This document shows positions 39,026 through 53,482 of a stretch of DNA of 64,000 nucleotides, piece after piece. The position numbers were made by a program, and so were the translations under genes. The stretch covers positions 5,456,001 through 5,520,000 of the forward strand of contig CP075496.1 in the NCBI GenBank assembly GCA_021613535.1. Direction: 5' to 3'. Position 1 is the stretch's first letter; each line of letters opens with the position of its first letter. This DNA comes from Adineta vaga (Eukaryota > Animalia > Rotifera). The notes under the pieces are model-generated. The model was not told the origin of the DNA. It saw only the letters and a list, made by a program, of their open reading frames with translations, and ran no database searches.

Positions 39026-42000
39026 ATGACAAATATGGCACAAATTGAAACAAGCATGTTCGACAGTGGAACAGCTAAGACAAAGAATCTACCATGTTTA
39101 ATTAAACAAGAACGTCCGAAGAGAGAATGTCGTGCACGGAAACGTCCTTATGATATTGAATTGTATGCAACAAAACGTCTCAAATATGATTCAAATGATC
39201 TTGATGAACAGATTGATAATTCATGTTCATTTGCCTTAACAACATCAGATACAGATGAAGACAATGACACAGAATCAAAATGTTCAACAAGTGACGAAAC
39301 TGAGCAATCTTCAATCAAACAAATTGATGATAATAGTGATATAGAAGATGGCGAAGATGAAACAGCATATGTTTATTTTTCGAAAATTTCTTCGGATCAA
39401 CATCGTCATTTTTCAGTTGTTTTAAATCAATCGATTAGTCAACAACAACAAACATTAACTAGACACTCAAAACGATTGGTATCTCAATTTAAATATTTAT
39501 ATGATCATGGTTTACGAAAATCGATTCAACCAACGAATGTTCCAGATAGTGTCATTCCTTCAAATAATGATATTTATCTGGAAAAATTACGATGGGAATT
39601 CAGAAATACATTCAATAGACTGGATCTATTCAAAGAAGGTTATTGTGTTTTATCAAATGAACCATTTCCATTCCATTCACTTTGTTACATGGTAAAATAT
39701 TTGTAATTTTCTTTAAATATGATTCTACTATTGCGAATATTTGTTAACATCGTTTTAATAGGGATACTCTTTAGAATATACGGATCTTCATGATACATTA
39801 ACACGTTCAGCACAATTCACTAACTAAGAACACTATGATTTTGTTTTTTTCTTCAACTTAGAGAATTGCTATCAATTTATAATTAACCGATCGTTTTGAG
39901 AGTAAAAGTTGACTATTACTATCCATCTATTATAGATTTAGTATATCTTTTAATGAAACTTATGTTCTATATTTTTTAGTGTGGCTCAATGGGTTCTGAA
40001 TTGATCTATTGTACAAGTTGTTGTGAAGCTTATCATCCAACTTGTTTAAATGAATATGAACGTCCACGATTAGATTCATTTTCGGATCCATGGTTATGTC
40101 CAAATTGTAATGTATGTAATATATGTGGTTTATTAACTCATCCAAATTTTTTATCACGAATGGCTCATGAACAAAATGTATCTCCACAATTAATTTCTTG
40201 TTTCGATTGTAAACGAAATTTTCATATCAAATGTATTAAACGATTGAAAGATGATCAATTAAATGAATACATTAATGTTAATAATATCAATAATTCGAAC
40301 AATAATAATTCCATAGTATCTTTATCACGTTTATCGAATAGTTATTTATTGAATCAAACATGGTTTTGTCCATCATGTATTAAATGTGATTGTGGACAAG
40401 CATTGATATCAAATGAACGAAATATTCTTTCGTTAACAAAAACATATCTATCACAGCAATCATTAATGTGTTTCGATTGTTTAAATAATATTAAATTAAT
40501 ACGTTTAGAAAAAAATGAAAATATTGAAAAATGTCATTTATGTGAAAAATATATCGAACAGATCTATTCAAAACAACGACAACAAATCAATTCATTTCTA
40601 CAATGTATTAAATGTAAACATCGATTTCATCCAAAATGTGATGGATATTTAAATGAAGATGCAGCAATTCTGCCACATATGAAAAATTTTTGTTCCAATG
40701 TCATTTGTTCAAAATGTGATTTAGATGAAGGAGGAAAAATTCGAAAATATTTATTAGAATATAAATTGCAAAGTAAGGGAAATGATTTTGTTTTATATAC
40801 ATTCAATGATTTGTTATCTATGATTATTCTAGCTATTGAAACGATTTCATCAACACTTCTCTCAACATTAGAATTAATTATATCTGATTCGAATAATTTC
40901 AATAAACTACAAACATCTATATTCAATCTTCAACAATTACATGAATCTCGTCAGCAATCATCAAATTTACATACATATCTCAATGATTTACTTTCTATTA
41001 TTCGACGTTTACTTACTCATCAAGATATCCAACGTTGGCAAGCAGTTATTGATGGTTGTATTATTCGGCAATGTCCATGGTTTAAATCTTTATTATTTCT
41101 TTCGAAAACAAAAGTACCTCATCATTCTTCATCAATAGTTAATCATCATTTTCAACCACCGCCATCAACTGATCATACATATGCATTCAAAAATGAATAT
41201 ATCATAAATGAAACATCAACCGATTCATTATTAAATTATCTTGATAATGATACTATGAATAAAGATTCTCAATTCAATAATCTTCATGAAATTGATCAAA
41301 GAAAATGTCATATATGTGATACATTTTCAGATCATATTTCCGCAAATATTGGTCGTCTTATTTCATTCGGTGTTAATCAATGGGTACATGTAGGTTGTAT
41401 ACTTCCTGCTTATGCAAAAAATCTCGATCAACCACCGTATATCTTACGTAATATACGTGAAACAGTTATTCGTTGTTCAACAAAATATATTTGTGCAATT
41501 TGCTCGAAATTAGGTGCTAGTGTACATTGCTGTGAAAATGAATGCTATCAACGATTTCATTGTGAATGTATACAGAAATATTATTCAACAGTTGATAAAA
41601 TTGTTCAGCAACAATTAAACCTTAAACAAGGATTTCTACCGAATTTAACAACAGTTTGTTTGAAACATAATGGATTGAAAACAATGAATCAAATTCATCG
41701 AGAAAGTATCGATGGAATGAATGAAAATGATTCAAAAGAATTATTGGCAAATAATAGTATGTAATTTAGATATATACTTTTCCCACCATTATATATAACT
41801 TTCTATTTAGATGTTTTAAATCCTCCAAAATTCAAATCTGTCAATGTTTCATCAACAGTCTATGGAGATCTTTCAAATAATTCCGTCGAATTCACTCTGA
41901 TTAATACTCGTCTATGCATTGGTTCACTTCAAATTGAATCCTTGGGTGATTATGATTATCAAATTGATAAACATGATGATCAAATTTTTTCCACTAAAAA

Positions 42001-44808
42001 TTATCCAAATAATTATCGTGCTTCGCGTCTATTCTGGAGTTTAAATAATCCTCGTAAGAAAACTGTCTATCATCTTCATATACAAGTCGATCAAACATAT
42101 CACATCGATGCATCGAATCATAGGACTATTGAACATCCCATGTCAACGGAACAAATGCATATTGAACAATTATATGACAAATGTCGAGAATATTTTACTA
42201 AATTTCAAAAGAAAATTGATGATCATTTGAATTCTATCGAAGAATTTTGTCAGAAAACATCAGTGCATAAAAAAGGAACAGCAAATCAATCAAATTATAG
42301 GAAGAAAAATGCTACTGGTAAAGATATTTTGTTTCTTATTTCTCTTCTATATATTGATAATCTGTTTCGCTTTCAGCTGGAGTTGGAACAACAAAACGAA
42401 TACCAAAGGCACGAACATCTTGTGTAAAACGTCAAACACCTAAAGCAGCTTTGAAAAATGTCTCACGACCACGTAATCGATTTGCTAATGAACCCAATCC
42501 ACAAATCAAGCAAAATCCACCAAAAGACAATAGAGATTTCAAAGCAAATGAAATTCAAAATTTATTCAATGATGATTATTTCAGGACAGGAAACGTTTCA
42601 CAATTTGCTTTAGCACTCATGCAAGCACTTCGACATGTTGGACAATCAACAAAAGTGTACGTTTTCTTAAACTTTCTTTTCTTTTTGTAATAAATCGCTT
42701 TATACAGACAACAAGAAACAAATTCCAATCATTATGCGTCAAATCAAGTCAATAATTCAACGAATGGAACAATAACAGATAGAAATAATGATAATCTTTT
42801 AAAACAATTATTGAAAAATATTACTGTGCCACAACAATTAAATGGTAATAAAGGTAGTTTTTGTTTTCTCGTTCCTAATAAACAATAGAAGAATTGTGTT
42901 TCACAATTCGACAAAGATTTCAAAAAAAAATCGCATAGAGAGATAATTTTAGAGTCAAAGTCGAAATCGTCTTTTCTATTCGTAACTAAGTTTCATTATC
43001 CTTGTGAAATATAGTACTATTCAATATTTCAAAAGGAGATATTTCTATGATGTTGTAATGATCATTCTTTCGTTTGTATTGATTTCAAAACTTATTTGTT
43101 TCTATGTAGATTCTCAAATGTCAATCATAAATTCATCTCAAGTATCAGCATATTCACCACATTGGCGTTCAACTATGTCGACTCAAACAGAAGCTACAAC
43201 TAACTCGAAATCGTACGAAGATATGAAAACGACTAATCATCTGCAACGTAAATTTCTGATATTAAATCAATATAAATTTTCTTATAAATCTCTTTTCAAT
43301 TATAGATTCCTATATCTCATTTACCAGTAACAAATCTTTACCACATACGACTGATAATAATATTACTATAATTCCAAAACCAACTTGTATTCCACAAGTT
43401 GATGGGTCAATCGATATAGATGTTGATGATGCGGATGAAGATTTTACTATATCTTGTATGGTGATAGAATCCCTAATAGAACAGATTATTGATCATAATA
43501 ATAGTGATCGTATTCGCGTAAACAGTGAATATTCAATGAATCTATCTGATTATGTAAATTCTCCATCATTAATTAATATCACTCCAATTTCACCAAATAA
43601 TCATCCGCAACAAGCAATCAATGAGAATAAAAAACCATCTATTTCATCATTTGATCTCATTCGATTATATAAAAAATGGTCAAGATTAAATTTTGCTCGA
43701 GCAAAATTTACTATAACTAATGATGAAGGTTATAAAGTTATTTCTGACAATTTAGATACTGCATGGTCTAATATTATTGATTCAATACGTCATTGTCGTG
43801 ATGATATGAATTTACCACATTTACCAATGACAAATGAAGAATTAAATGGACATAAAATCTTTGGTTTAACGAAACCAATTATTAAAATAATGCTTAATCA
43901 AATGTATACTAATCAACAGCAAATTGGATCAACACTTTTACCACTATCATCATCATCAACAACACCATTGATTGATAATTCAACAAATGATATTTTTAAT
44001 AAGAAAAATCTACTATCATCATGTTCACGAACGAATACATACGATAGAAAAACTCGTGAACGACAACGATTTGGTTGGTTATTGAATCAAAGTCGAAAAA
44101 TTGAATATGCGCTGAAATCATTTGAAATTGATGATGCACTTGCACATGCAAGGTAAATTTCTTTTTCAAGATATAAGTTGCAATATGTTGTTCTTTCCTT
44201 ATTTTACAGACGAATTCTTCTTGCTGAAGCATCAGTTAGTTTACGTCTTTATCATTTACATTATTTTTCTGAACGTGCTCTACTTGTTGGATCATCACCC
44301 ATTCATGGTTGTGGTTTATTTACATTGGTTGATTTAGTTGAAGGACAAATGATAATTGAATATTCAGGTGAAGTTGTTCGACCATGTCTTACAGATAAAC
44401 GTGAACGTGAAAATGAAGGAAAAGTATGATAATACAGCAGAATGTGTGAAAATGAGTTTACAAAGAATTCTTCTTTTAGGGTTTTGGTTGTTATATGTTT
44501 ACAGTTGATTCAATGAATGTTATTGATGCAACACATCGAGGAAATAAAGCACGATTTATAAATCATAATTGTGAAGTAAGTTTTTCGAAATTAAAAATAT
44601 GAAAAATTAAGTGCCACTTTTATTTTCTTCGTAGCCAAATTGTTTTGCAAAGACAGTTTTATCAGGTGGTGTTAAACATATTGTTATTTATGCACTGAAA
44701 GATGTCCCACGTGGATCAGAATTGACATATGATTATTCATTTCCTGAAGAAGATGTTAAAATTGCTTGCCATTGTGGATCAAGTAAATGTCGAATTTATT
44801 TAAACTAA
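39026..44808 (+). CDS. Trithorax/KMT2A-B-like histone H3K4 methyltransferase (PHD fingers, extended PHD, FYRN, FYRC, SET, post-SET)
   Basis: CGSMGSELIYCTSCCEAYHPTC..WLCPNCNVCNIC; GRLISFGVNQWVHVGC..GASVHC; IGSLQIESLG..YPNNYRASRLFWS (FYRN); ELNGHKIFGL (FYRC); SPIHGCGLF..EYSGEV..IDATHRGNKARFINHNCEPNC..ELTYDY..CHCGSSKCRIYLN. Confidence 0.92.
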
Positions 44809-47096
44809 TACGATCGATTTGTGTATATATATATATGTATCTATGTTCCTAGTCAACACTTATTTTTCTCTCTTTCTCTTATGTTCTTCTTCTTCTTCTT
44901 CTTCTTCTCTCAGATTTGCTTTCTTGTACTTTGATTTACAGGATGTAAGAGTGTATTTTTTCTTTTGGTATATCTCTATATACACATATATATCTCTATA
45001 TAGACATATATATTATAGAACTAGATGAACGAATAAGAAATATTAAAAATTATTCATAGCATATGAACGATTAAAAATAGAATGCATTATTAGATGTAAT
45101 GATACTATTTCAAGACGATTGTTTCTGACTTTTCAATCGAATGAAATCTTCTAAATATGCTTTATTAATAGCATGAAATAACAGGAACCAGATGGAAAGA
45201 TGCGAGAAATTATCACGTTTTCCGTTTTAACTTATTCATTTGGGAATGACATGTGAAAAACAACATTGAATGGCGTGAAATAATATGTCTGATAGCACAT
45301 CAGATTATTCTCAAATATTGTATATTGTTTATCAGAAAGTTGGTTTTGACATTCAAATCCCTAAAGAAAAGAGACTTCTATTTAGAGAAATGAAATCAGA
45401 TTCAAAAATCGTATACTAACTATCAATAAAAAACAAAACATAAACCATATGAAAAATTACGTAATGTGTTGTCATAATATTTAGTTTGGACTAAATAATT
45501 ACTCATATTTCAAAATATATTTATAAACTATGAATATCATGAAATGAAAATATAACTGTTCACATGATTACTCATCGATTGTCAAGATTCTCATTTGTTT
45601 AATTGATATGTTCGTAAATATTGATTCTATCAATACTGATTCTAATATTAATCGAATACGCTTTGCGTAGATTGAAATAAGCGGCTTGGATTAAGTTGAG
45701 TTTTTTTCGTAATTATACAGTAAATAAAAGTATTTCATCATTTGTTTTCTGTTTATAACATTTAGTCTTCTCATTAATTTAAATGAATTATCAGATTGTA
45801 TGACTGAATCTTTATTTCGATTCTCTTACAAATGAATCTATTGTCATTGAATTGATTCAATCTAATAAGAAATCTCCACATGATTGCAATACTCTTAGTC
45901 TTAAGTAGAGCCAAATGAATTAATTTCTTGTTTGGAAATGCCAGAAATTTTACATTTATTGTTCATTCTTGTCTGCAAACAGAACATAACCAATCCATTA
46001 AATTAATAGAAATTTTAATAATAGATTACAATATGCAAAAGTTCAAGTTTAACTTCATGACTTTATCAAATTATAGACAATGTTTACTCTTTCATTCCTA
46101 TCAGCTCCGAATTTCTCCCGATTGCTGACATTTTCTCGATATAATATGCGTTCAAATTGAAAACGTTCATCTTAAATCAATCGATTTTTTTTCTAAGTAC
46201 TTTCAAGAATTTTTATGAGAAAGAAGAAAATGAAATTGCTGATTGAATGATTCAACTATGTTTAGATCATTATGCTGCTGGTATAAACACTGTTTTGTAA
46301 GATCTATCACGTCATTGATGTGATGCATTCATTTTCTTTGTTTATTGACAAATTTTTATTGAATCTAGTGAGGAAATTCGAGGGCATGTGTGATGTTTCT
46401 TTCTTCGTCGGTCTTTTCTGCCCTGGATTAGATAAAGGAAAACAAATCTTTCACAATGTTTTCCTAAAGAAAAAGAAGAAAATTGCTCGGTCTTTGTTAA
46501 GTTTGGTAATAATGATAATAGTGATGTAAAGGAAAACGAGCATGAAAATTTCTCTTTTCTTTTCTTTTTTTAAGTACAAAGGGAAAGAAGAGAGAGAGAG
46601 AGAGAGAGAGATAGTCTAAGAGACCGCCTACATATCTCGTCATTCATTCGGAGTCTGATTACATTTTGCATATAGATCGAGTCTTTCAGCTGCTTAAAAG
46701 AGTTCTTTTTTCCAGCGATAAAAGAAAGAACAAGAAGAAAAGAAAGGGAAATATCCTCCGCTTTTTTCCCTATGAAGAAAAGAATTGGCAACGACGACGA
46801 CGACGGCGACGATTTTGAACATAATACTAAGAAAAAATGCTGATGCACGTTTGACTCCAGTCTTATTTGTTGATGACAGCTATAAGCACTTAGGAACTCT
46901 TTTCTCTTCTTTCTCATTTCTCTTTTTCACTCTCTCCAATGTTTTTTTTTACTTTATAGATAGACAGATATAAGAACGTTGACGCAAATACTTCGAACTC
47001 GTTCTCCATCTGAGTTTTTGAAAAAAAAAGAAGAGAAACAAACAATTAGAATTGATTTAGAACAGTACAATCAACATTCATTTTAATATTATACAA

Positions 47097-48759
47097 ATGA
47101 TATCCAACATATCTCTAGGCAGTTCGGCATTGTTATTGGTGATTATGACAATTGTTGTCCAATCAATTCCAATTGAGAAAGCCAAAGAAAGTAAGAAAGT
47201 TTATTGAAAATTTTCATATTGAAAATCTTATTTCACTTTAGTTGTTTCAGCACCTTCGATTGATCATAAACTAGCCGATAAACAACAAGAGCTTCTGAAG
47301 TCTGTTGATTCGGTAGGATCTTCGTCGACATTGTTAAGTAGCACAACAAGTTCAACAACGATTAGTTCACAAAATACACCAACACAAGAATCTCCATTGA
47401 AACAAGAAAAAAGTGATCACAAAAACAAACGTAATGTTATTAGTAACGATCAATTCGATAGATTTTTAATTAGTGAAAGTAATGAAAACATTGATGATGA
47501 AAGTTCTGAAAATAATAACAATAAACAAATTGGGCGAGTTTTACATACAAAAATTCAAGAAACACCCGTGAATACTCATGACAATGCAGATAGTAAAGTT
47601 TCTCTTATTTTGATTTACGCAGATGAATACTGATCCTTTTCTTTTTGTATGTCATATAGAGCCAGTTGATACCGATGATTCAAGTGTGTTTTCTGAGATG
47701 AAAATGACACCAGATGAATTAACAGATATTGTACGTCGACGTCGTGATGTTAAATCAAATATGGAATCAAATCAAAGACGTAAACGAGCTCTATCACCAT
47801 ACGATCTTTACGATACTGATTCGGTATGAAAATACATTCAATTTTTCCTTCAAGACTCTACATTGAATCAAAATAAATAAAAGGGTTCTTCTTGTTTCGA
47901 AATTATAGACTCAAAAATCAATGATGGAGCAGTTCTTTTCTCATATCTCTTATTAAACTAGACAATTACTGTATTAGAACGTTAATATTATCTTTCTGTT
48001 TGAGATTACTTTTGAATTAATATATGACTTCAGAGTACATGATTGAATCACGTTGAAAGAACATGTCATTTTTTCTTTTCTTATTTTAGTTTTATGATCC
48101 GTATGTTGATTTGATCGAAGGACAACAACAATATGCCCGTCCTGTTCGCTCATTTGCGTAAGAATTTCTTAATATTATTTGAAAGTTCTATTGACATTCT
48201 GTTTTGTCATTCAGACCAATCTATTGGTATCCCAATACTTATGAACGAAATATTCGTGCTGCTCTTGCTCCATCTTTCTATGAATCGTCAGAATGGCCAC
48301 AATTATATTCAGCTAATATTCTTGATGACAATGATGATGACGATGACAATCAAGGTAAGAACAATTCGTTTACATTCGACAGTCGATTTTTCTATTTCAT
48401 TTTATCAGATTCTTTATATGATAAAAATGATGATGACAACGACGACGATGATGATGATGATGAAGATAATGATGTTATCGATTATGAATTAAATCGTTAT
48501 CCTATTCTTTTACAATCAGCGAATAATCCTTTCGATAATTTACAATTACAACAACGATATAATACAGATGATTTACCAATTGATGAAGATATTGAAGAAA
48601 ATTTGAACGATGATGGAGACAATTATGGAGCACAATATCGTTCACTCTATGAAAATCAATATCCATATTATGTAAGAATAAATAGGTTCAGTTTTGCTAA
48701 TAAATTTATTTCGTTTTGTCTAGACACGTCACGGATCTTTGGACACATATTTTGAGTGA
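47097..48759 (+). CDS. Secreted acidic, Tyr-rich precursor with multiple basic cleavage sites (prohormone/granin-like); multi-exon
   Basis: Signal peptide MISNISLGSSALLLVIMTIVVQSIP; sites [16 protein letters not shown] and RNIR; poly-Asp tracts; exon phases join through to ..TRHGSLDTYFE*. Confidence 0.7.
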
Positions 48760-49195
48760 AAAAAAAATGTGAGTAACTGTATATCTTTACTTTTGATCAA
48801 ATTATTCTTTTTCTTTTCTTTTTAGATTGATGAATGATTATAACATTACAAAAATAAAAACGATACAGGAACAGAGAGAGGAGAGGAGAGGAGAAGAAAG
48901 AAAATATGAAAGATATCTTACTTATTTATTCTATCAATATTTTGATGATAACGCATATTTAAAGAATTTTATTTTTCTCCTCGTAAAAAAATATCATAAA
49001 CGGCTCCTAATTTCTTCAATTTTGTTTTCATATTCACTCCTTCTTGCATATATTCAGGCCAAATTGATTATTATGCCCATTCATTTATTCACAGTTCGAA
49101 ATTGAAGACCTTGTTTCAATGTCTATAATTTGTCGCTGTAGGCTCTTCTACGTTGTTGAATAAGAGAATATTTCGAGTCAATCATAGAGCGAACG

Positions 49196-49548
49196 ATGAA
49201 TAGTACGGATGATATTTCATCAATATATGGTGTATGTAAAATTTGTCAGATAAGTCATGGTTTTAGTTCAGCTGATCAACGCGCTTTGATTATTTTAATT
49301 GTTATTGCTACAATTGTACTAATATCATGTTATATAGGCGTGCTCTGGTTTACTATACGAACACTCTTATTCCTGATAAAAATTCATTGATTATTTTGGA
49401 AAATATTATTACAAATCAGGCATTTGATCATAGTGAAGACGAAGAGATAAATGTACAGACAATGAACGATACATCAACGCCCACAACAACAACAACAACA
49501 ACACAACCAATGACAGTAATATCGGATGATAAGAAAGAACGTTTTTGA
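49196..49548 (+). CDS. Small single-pass membrane protein, apparently split over two frames
   Basis: Hydrophobic ALIILIVIATIVLISCYIGVLWF in ORF 49196; a tail-like segment LIPDKNS..TNQAFDHSEDEE lies in a second frame. Confidence 0.4.
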
Positions 49549-50052
49549 AAACATTGATATAATTCTATCAAATTTTAGAATCGGCATGAAAAATGTCGTT
49601 TAGATTAGGAAGGAAATTATTTGGATAAAATAGACAGGAAATAAATAATTATTTGCTCCTAAATTCAACATTTCTATATTACATTGATTAGAAAAATAGG
49701 ATAGTATATACTAATGATCAGATTAGAATTAACGGAAATATCTTTTTTTTTCACATCATGCTTAACAAACTTTTTATTAATTTCGTATTTAACCATTCAT
49801 ATAGTCCCCAGGTACAACTACTATATAACTCACGTCTTATATACTAAGATCAATTGGTACGAACATAATCAAAGTTCTCGCCTTGATCAATCATAAAGAA
49901 CTACGTTACAATCTATTTGATTTTTACGTTTATATCAATTACATCTTTTTCAATATTTTAATCGATTGTTTATATATTCTAATCTTAAAGGGCACGAGCT
50001 AACTGTACATAAGAACAATAACTAGTTAATAAAATAGAATTAAAAAAGCAAA

Positions 50053-52983
50053 TCAAGTTGTTTTTGTTTCTCGACCGATGTAATCTAACATTGCTGTACG
50101 TAAAAAATGCAGACGTTTTTCTTCATGATGTTTCAGTTGACTAATTTCTTGTTCACGTTGATTGAATTTTGTTTGTAAATCAGCTAAACGTGCTTCTAAA
50201 TCACGGATAAGATTTCGCTCATTATGACGTTGATCTAGAAACGAAAAAAAAAACAAAATCAAAACAATTTTTTTGTTCGAAAGAAGAATCTTCGCTTTAA
50301 TTGACCTTTAAGATCGTTTTCAAGTTGTTTTACTTGATCTTTCAATTCTTCATTTCTTTCAATATCTTTTTGAATTAAACGTAGTTTTTTTTCATAGTCA
50401 GTTCTTGCTTTTTCTCGATTTTCAAGAATTTCGGTATCTTTAGTAAGATTTGACTAGAAAAAATTGAAATAAAAGAAGACATTTTTAAGTGAAAATAGAA
50501 AAGAATAATTACGGTTTGCACAGCCTCAATTTGTCGTTTAAATGTTTCGATTTCTACTGATTGAAAATTGATTTTTTGTTGAAAATCACGATTAGCAATT
50601 AATTGTTGATTATAACGCGACTTTAAAAACGAATACAAAAGACAATTTTCAAATCGATAAGAGCAAACAATTGATTACTTCAAGATCTTCTTTTGCTATT
50701 GTTAATGATCGTAAACGATCTTCGAGTTCATGTTGTTTCTTATCTTCTTCATTTTTCATTCGAAGTTTTTCTTGTTGAAGAGTTTCTTCATGATTTAATT
50801 TTTGAGTTGTAATAGTTGATTTCAAAGAATTCACTTCCTATAGTTTTAAAAGGAAAATAATCGTAGAAGTAAAAGAAAAGATTTTACTCGTTCAAGTGTT
50901 GTTCGAATCGTTTCAAGTTTATTGATTTGTTCTTTAAGACTTTCTTCTGTAGTGATAAACGATTCTTTTAAACGTTGTATATCACGTGAACTTGATATTT
51001 CATGATCTTTTAAATCTTCTTTATGTTTCAATTTTAAACGTTGATTTTCATTGTCTAAGGCAGATAATTTCAACTGATGATCACGATCATTAATTGTTAT
51101 CTAATACAAAAAGAAATGATTATTGATTAAAAGAAAATTGAAAGCAAATCTACAGTTTCTCGAAATTCGTGAATAATTGTTTGAAGATTTTCATTTTTTC
51201 GTTCAAGATCATGAACTTTTTCATTTAAACGTCGTTGAATTTCTAGATTATCATGTAATTCTCGTTGAAGTTTTGTTTGACTATGAATTAAATCCTATAA
51301 TGAATAGAAAAAAAAAATTGTTGAGATATACAATTGTCAATTCAAACGCTTATAACTAACATCTTTCTCTTTTTGATATTCTTTGAGAATTTGTTGTTTT
51401 AAATGATCTTTTTCTATGCGTAATTTTTTAACTTCATTTTGTGCTTCATGATATTGTTGTGTTGCTACTGTTAAATCTGCTTCTAATAAAGCATTCTTTG
51501 CCGATCAGCATTAAAAGCTAATTTTCGATCATCTAATGCTTCTTGTAATTTCTTTGTTTTCATCGCTAAAGATCTTTTTGAAAGAAAAAGAATTATTAGA
51601 TATCAAAATACAGAAGGGAAATTTCTATGTTTTACTTATTTGCTTTAAGCATGGCTTGTTCTTGTATTGATACACGTGATAAGACACTAGATATTTGTCG
51701 ATCTTTTTCGGTATGAACATTTTGTAATTGTCGTGCAAGAACAGCCATATTTTGTGAATGTCCAAAATGTATTTGACGTTTTTCAGTATTTTTTGTTAAT
51801 GCATCATCTATATTTTTTTGAAATCAAATATTCAGATTGATTCAATTTACAAAGATGTCTTTACTGATATTTTGCATTATATCATCAGGTACATTATTTC
51901 CAACTAAATGCAATTCATTCAAAGTAGAATTTGATTGACAACAAGCTAATAGTGCACGACTACCAACAGGTCCGATATTATTCCAACGAAGATCTAGAAA
52001 TGACGAATGAAAAGTTAGACAAATAAGTTATTTTGATAATTAAGACCTAAGACACGTAGTGTAACATTTCGTTTTAATGCTGCTGCTAATTCTGTTGCAC
52101 CCACATGACTAATATCATTATTACGTAAGTCAAGTTCAATTAAACCTTTATTATTTGCAAGTGCATCACAAAACCCCGCAAATGCTGGCGTGTCCATAGC
52201 ACCAATTTGATTCCATTCAAGTCGTAAACTAAATATGATTAAAAATGAAATAGTTCTTTTATCTTCTGATGATTATTTTAACTCGATGTATTTCAAACAT
52301 TTCTGATTATATATGCCTTTATCTTATGAAAATATTTTAATGGCTGATCTTAAAATTTTAACAAATTTCAAATCTACAGAAATTTGTTTAAGTATGATCA
52401 TCATACATAGAGAATTTAGAAGAAAAGAATGCACTCTATAGATACTTTTGTAATGTTTGATTTTTTCGCAATACTTGTGTTAATGCTTCTGTACCAGCTC
52501 CATGAATACCATTTCCCTAGAATTTAATTTAAACTGTAAGAAGCATATACAATGTATCATCATGTTATACTTTTAATTCCAATGTTCGACAAATTGTATT
52601 CTTTACTAATCCATGAAGAAACGCCCGTAAAGCTTCAAAAGAAAACAGACTGATGATTAATAACATTTCCTTTACAAAGAACTATTCTATACCTTCACTA
52701 GATAGATTACAATCATTGAGATGTATACTTGTACATAAATAATCTTGTGTGAATAATTTTCCTAAGACAGTAAATTGTGTTTCGGGAATATTTAATGAAG
52801 ATAGATTAAACGTTTTTGTTGAATGATTTCCATTAGAAACTCTTGAAAAAACAATGAGAACGAAATTATAAAATGAATTATTCTTTTGTTTTATTACTTT
52901 TCAATTTCTCCTAAGATCGTTTCATTTGGTTCCACAAAATAACTTTTACAAAAATCGTTATAAAGTATTTTCAATTGATCCAT
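50053..52983 (-). CDS. LRRC45: LRRC45-like leucine-rich-repeat and coiled-coil centriolar protein; one apparent frameshift near 51505
   Basis: [24 protein letters not shown]; RI-type LRRs [52 protein letters not shown]; long coiled coil ending [17 protein letters not shown]. Confidence 0.8.
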
Positions 52984-53173
52984 TGATGAATCGTAAAAAG
53001 ACTTATTGTAGAAAGTACAAGAATATTAAGAATCGTCCATTAAAATATTCTCTTTTCAATCAGTATCATTGCAACGATGTCTTCAAATTGCATAGATGTC
53101 ACTAAACGTAATATATGCGGATTTTTCAGTTCTATCTATCTATTCTTATAACGAACTCATTCATTCATTCATT

Positions 53174-53403
53174 ATGACGACATTCAACGAACTACCGATT
53201 GAAATTATTCGACTTATATTTGAATATTTTACATCAGCTGAAATTGTAAATATAAATCATTGATTTCCGTATTGAAATTCAATTCGATTTTCTCCATAGG
53301 TTTATGTATTTTCATCAATCAATCCCAGAATGAAAGCAATCGCTTGTAAACATATTATTGATAATTCTAATGGTGTACTCTTGAAATTTTTTGAAAGAAA
53401 ATA
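53174..53403 (+). CDS. Very short F-box-only ORF (2 or more exons) immediately upstream of SHOC1
   Basis: MTTFNELPIEIIRLIFEYFTSAEI|VYVFSSINPRMKAI, with canonical intron 53246-53299. Confidence 0.6.
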
Positions 53404-53482
53404 AACATGTACTTTATTTTATCATTCGTGTGATGATTATGAAATAAATTGATGAAAACATAGGTTTCTCCTTCTAGATTAA

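Noticed and set aside
46570-46973. ORFs over GA and ACG microsatellites (similar cases at 15123, 24991, 32585, 34275 and 44819)
   Set aside because: These are low-complexity translations of UTR or promoter microsatellites with no coding signature.
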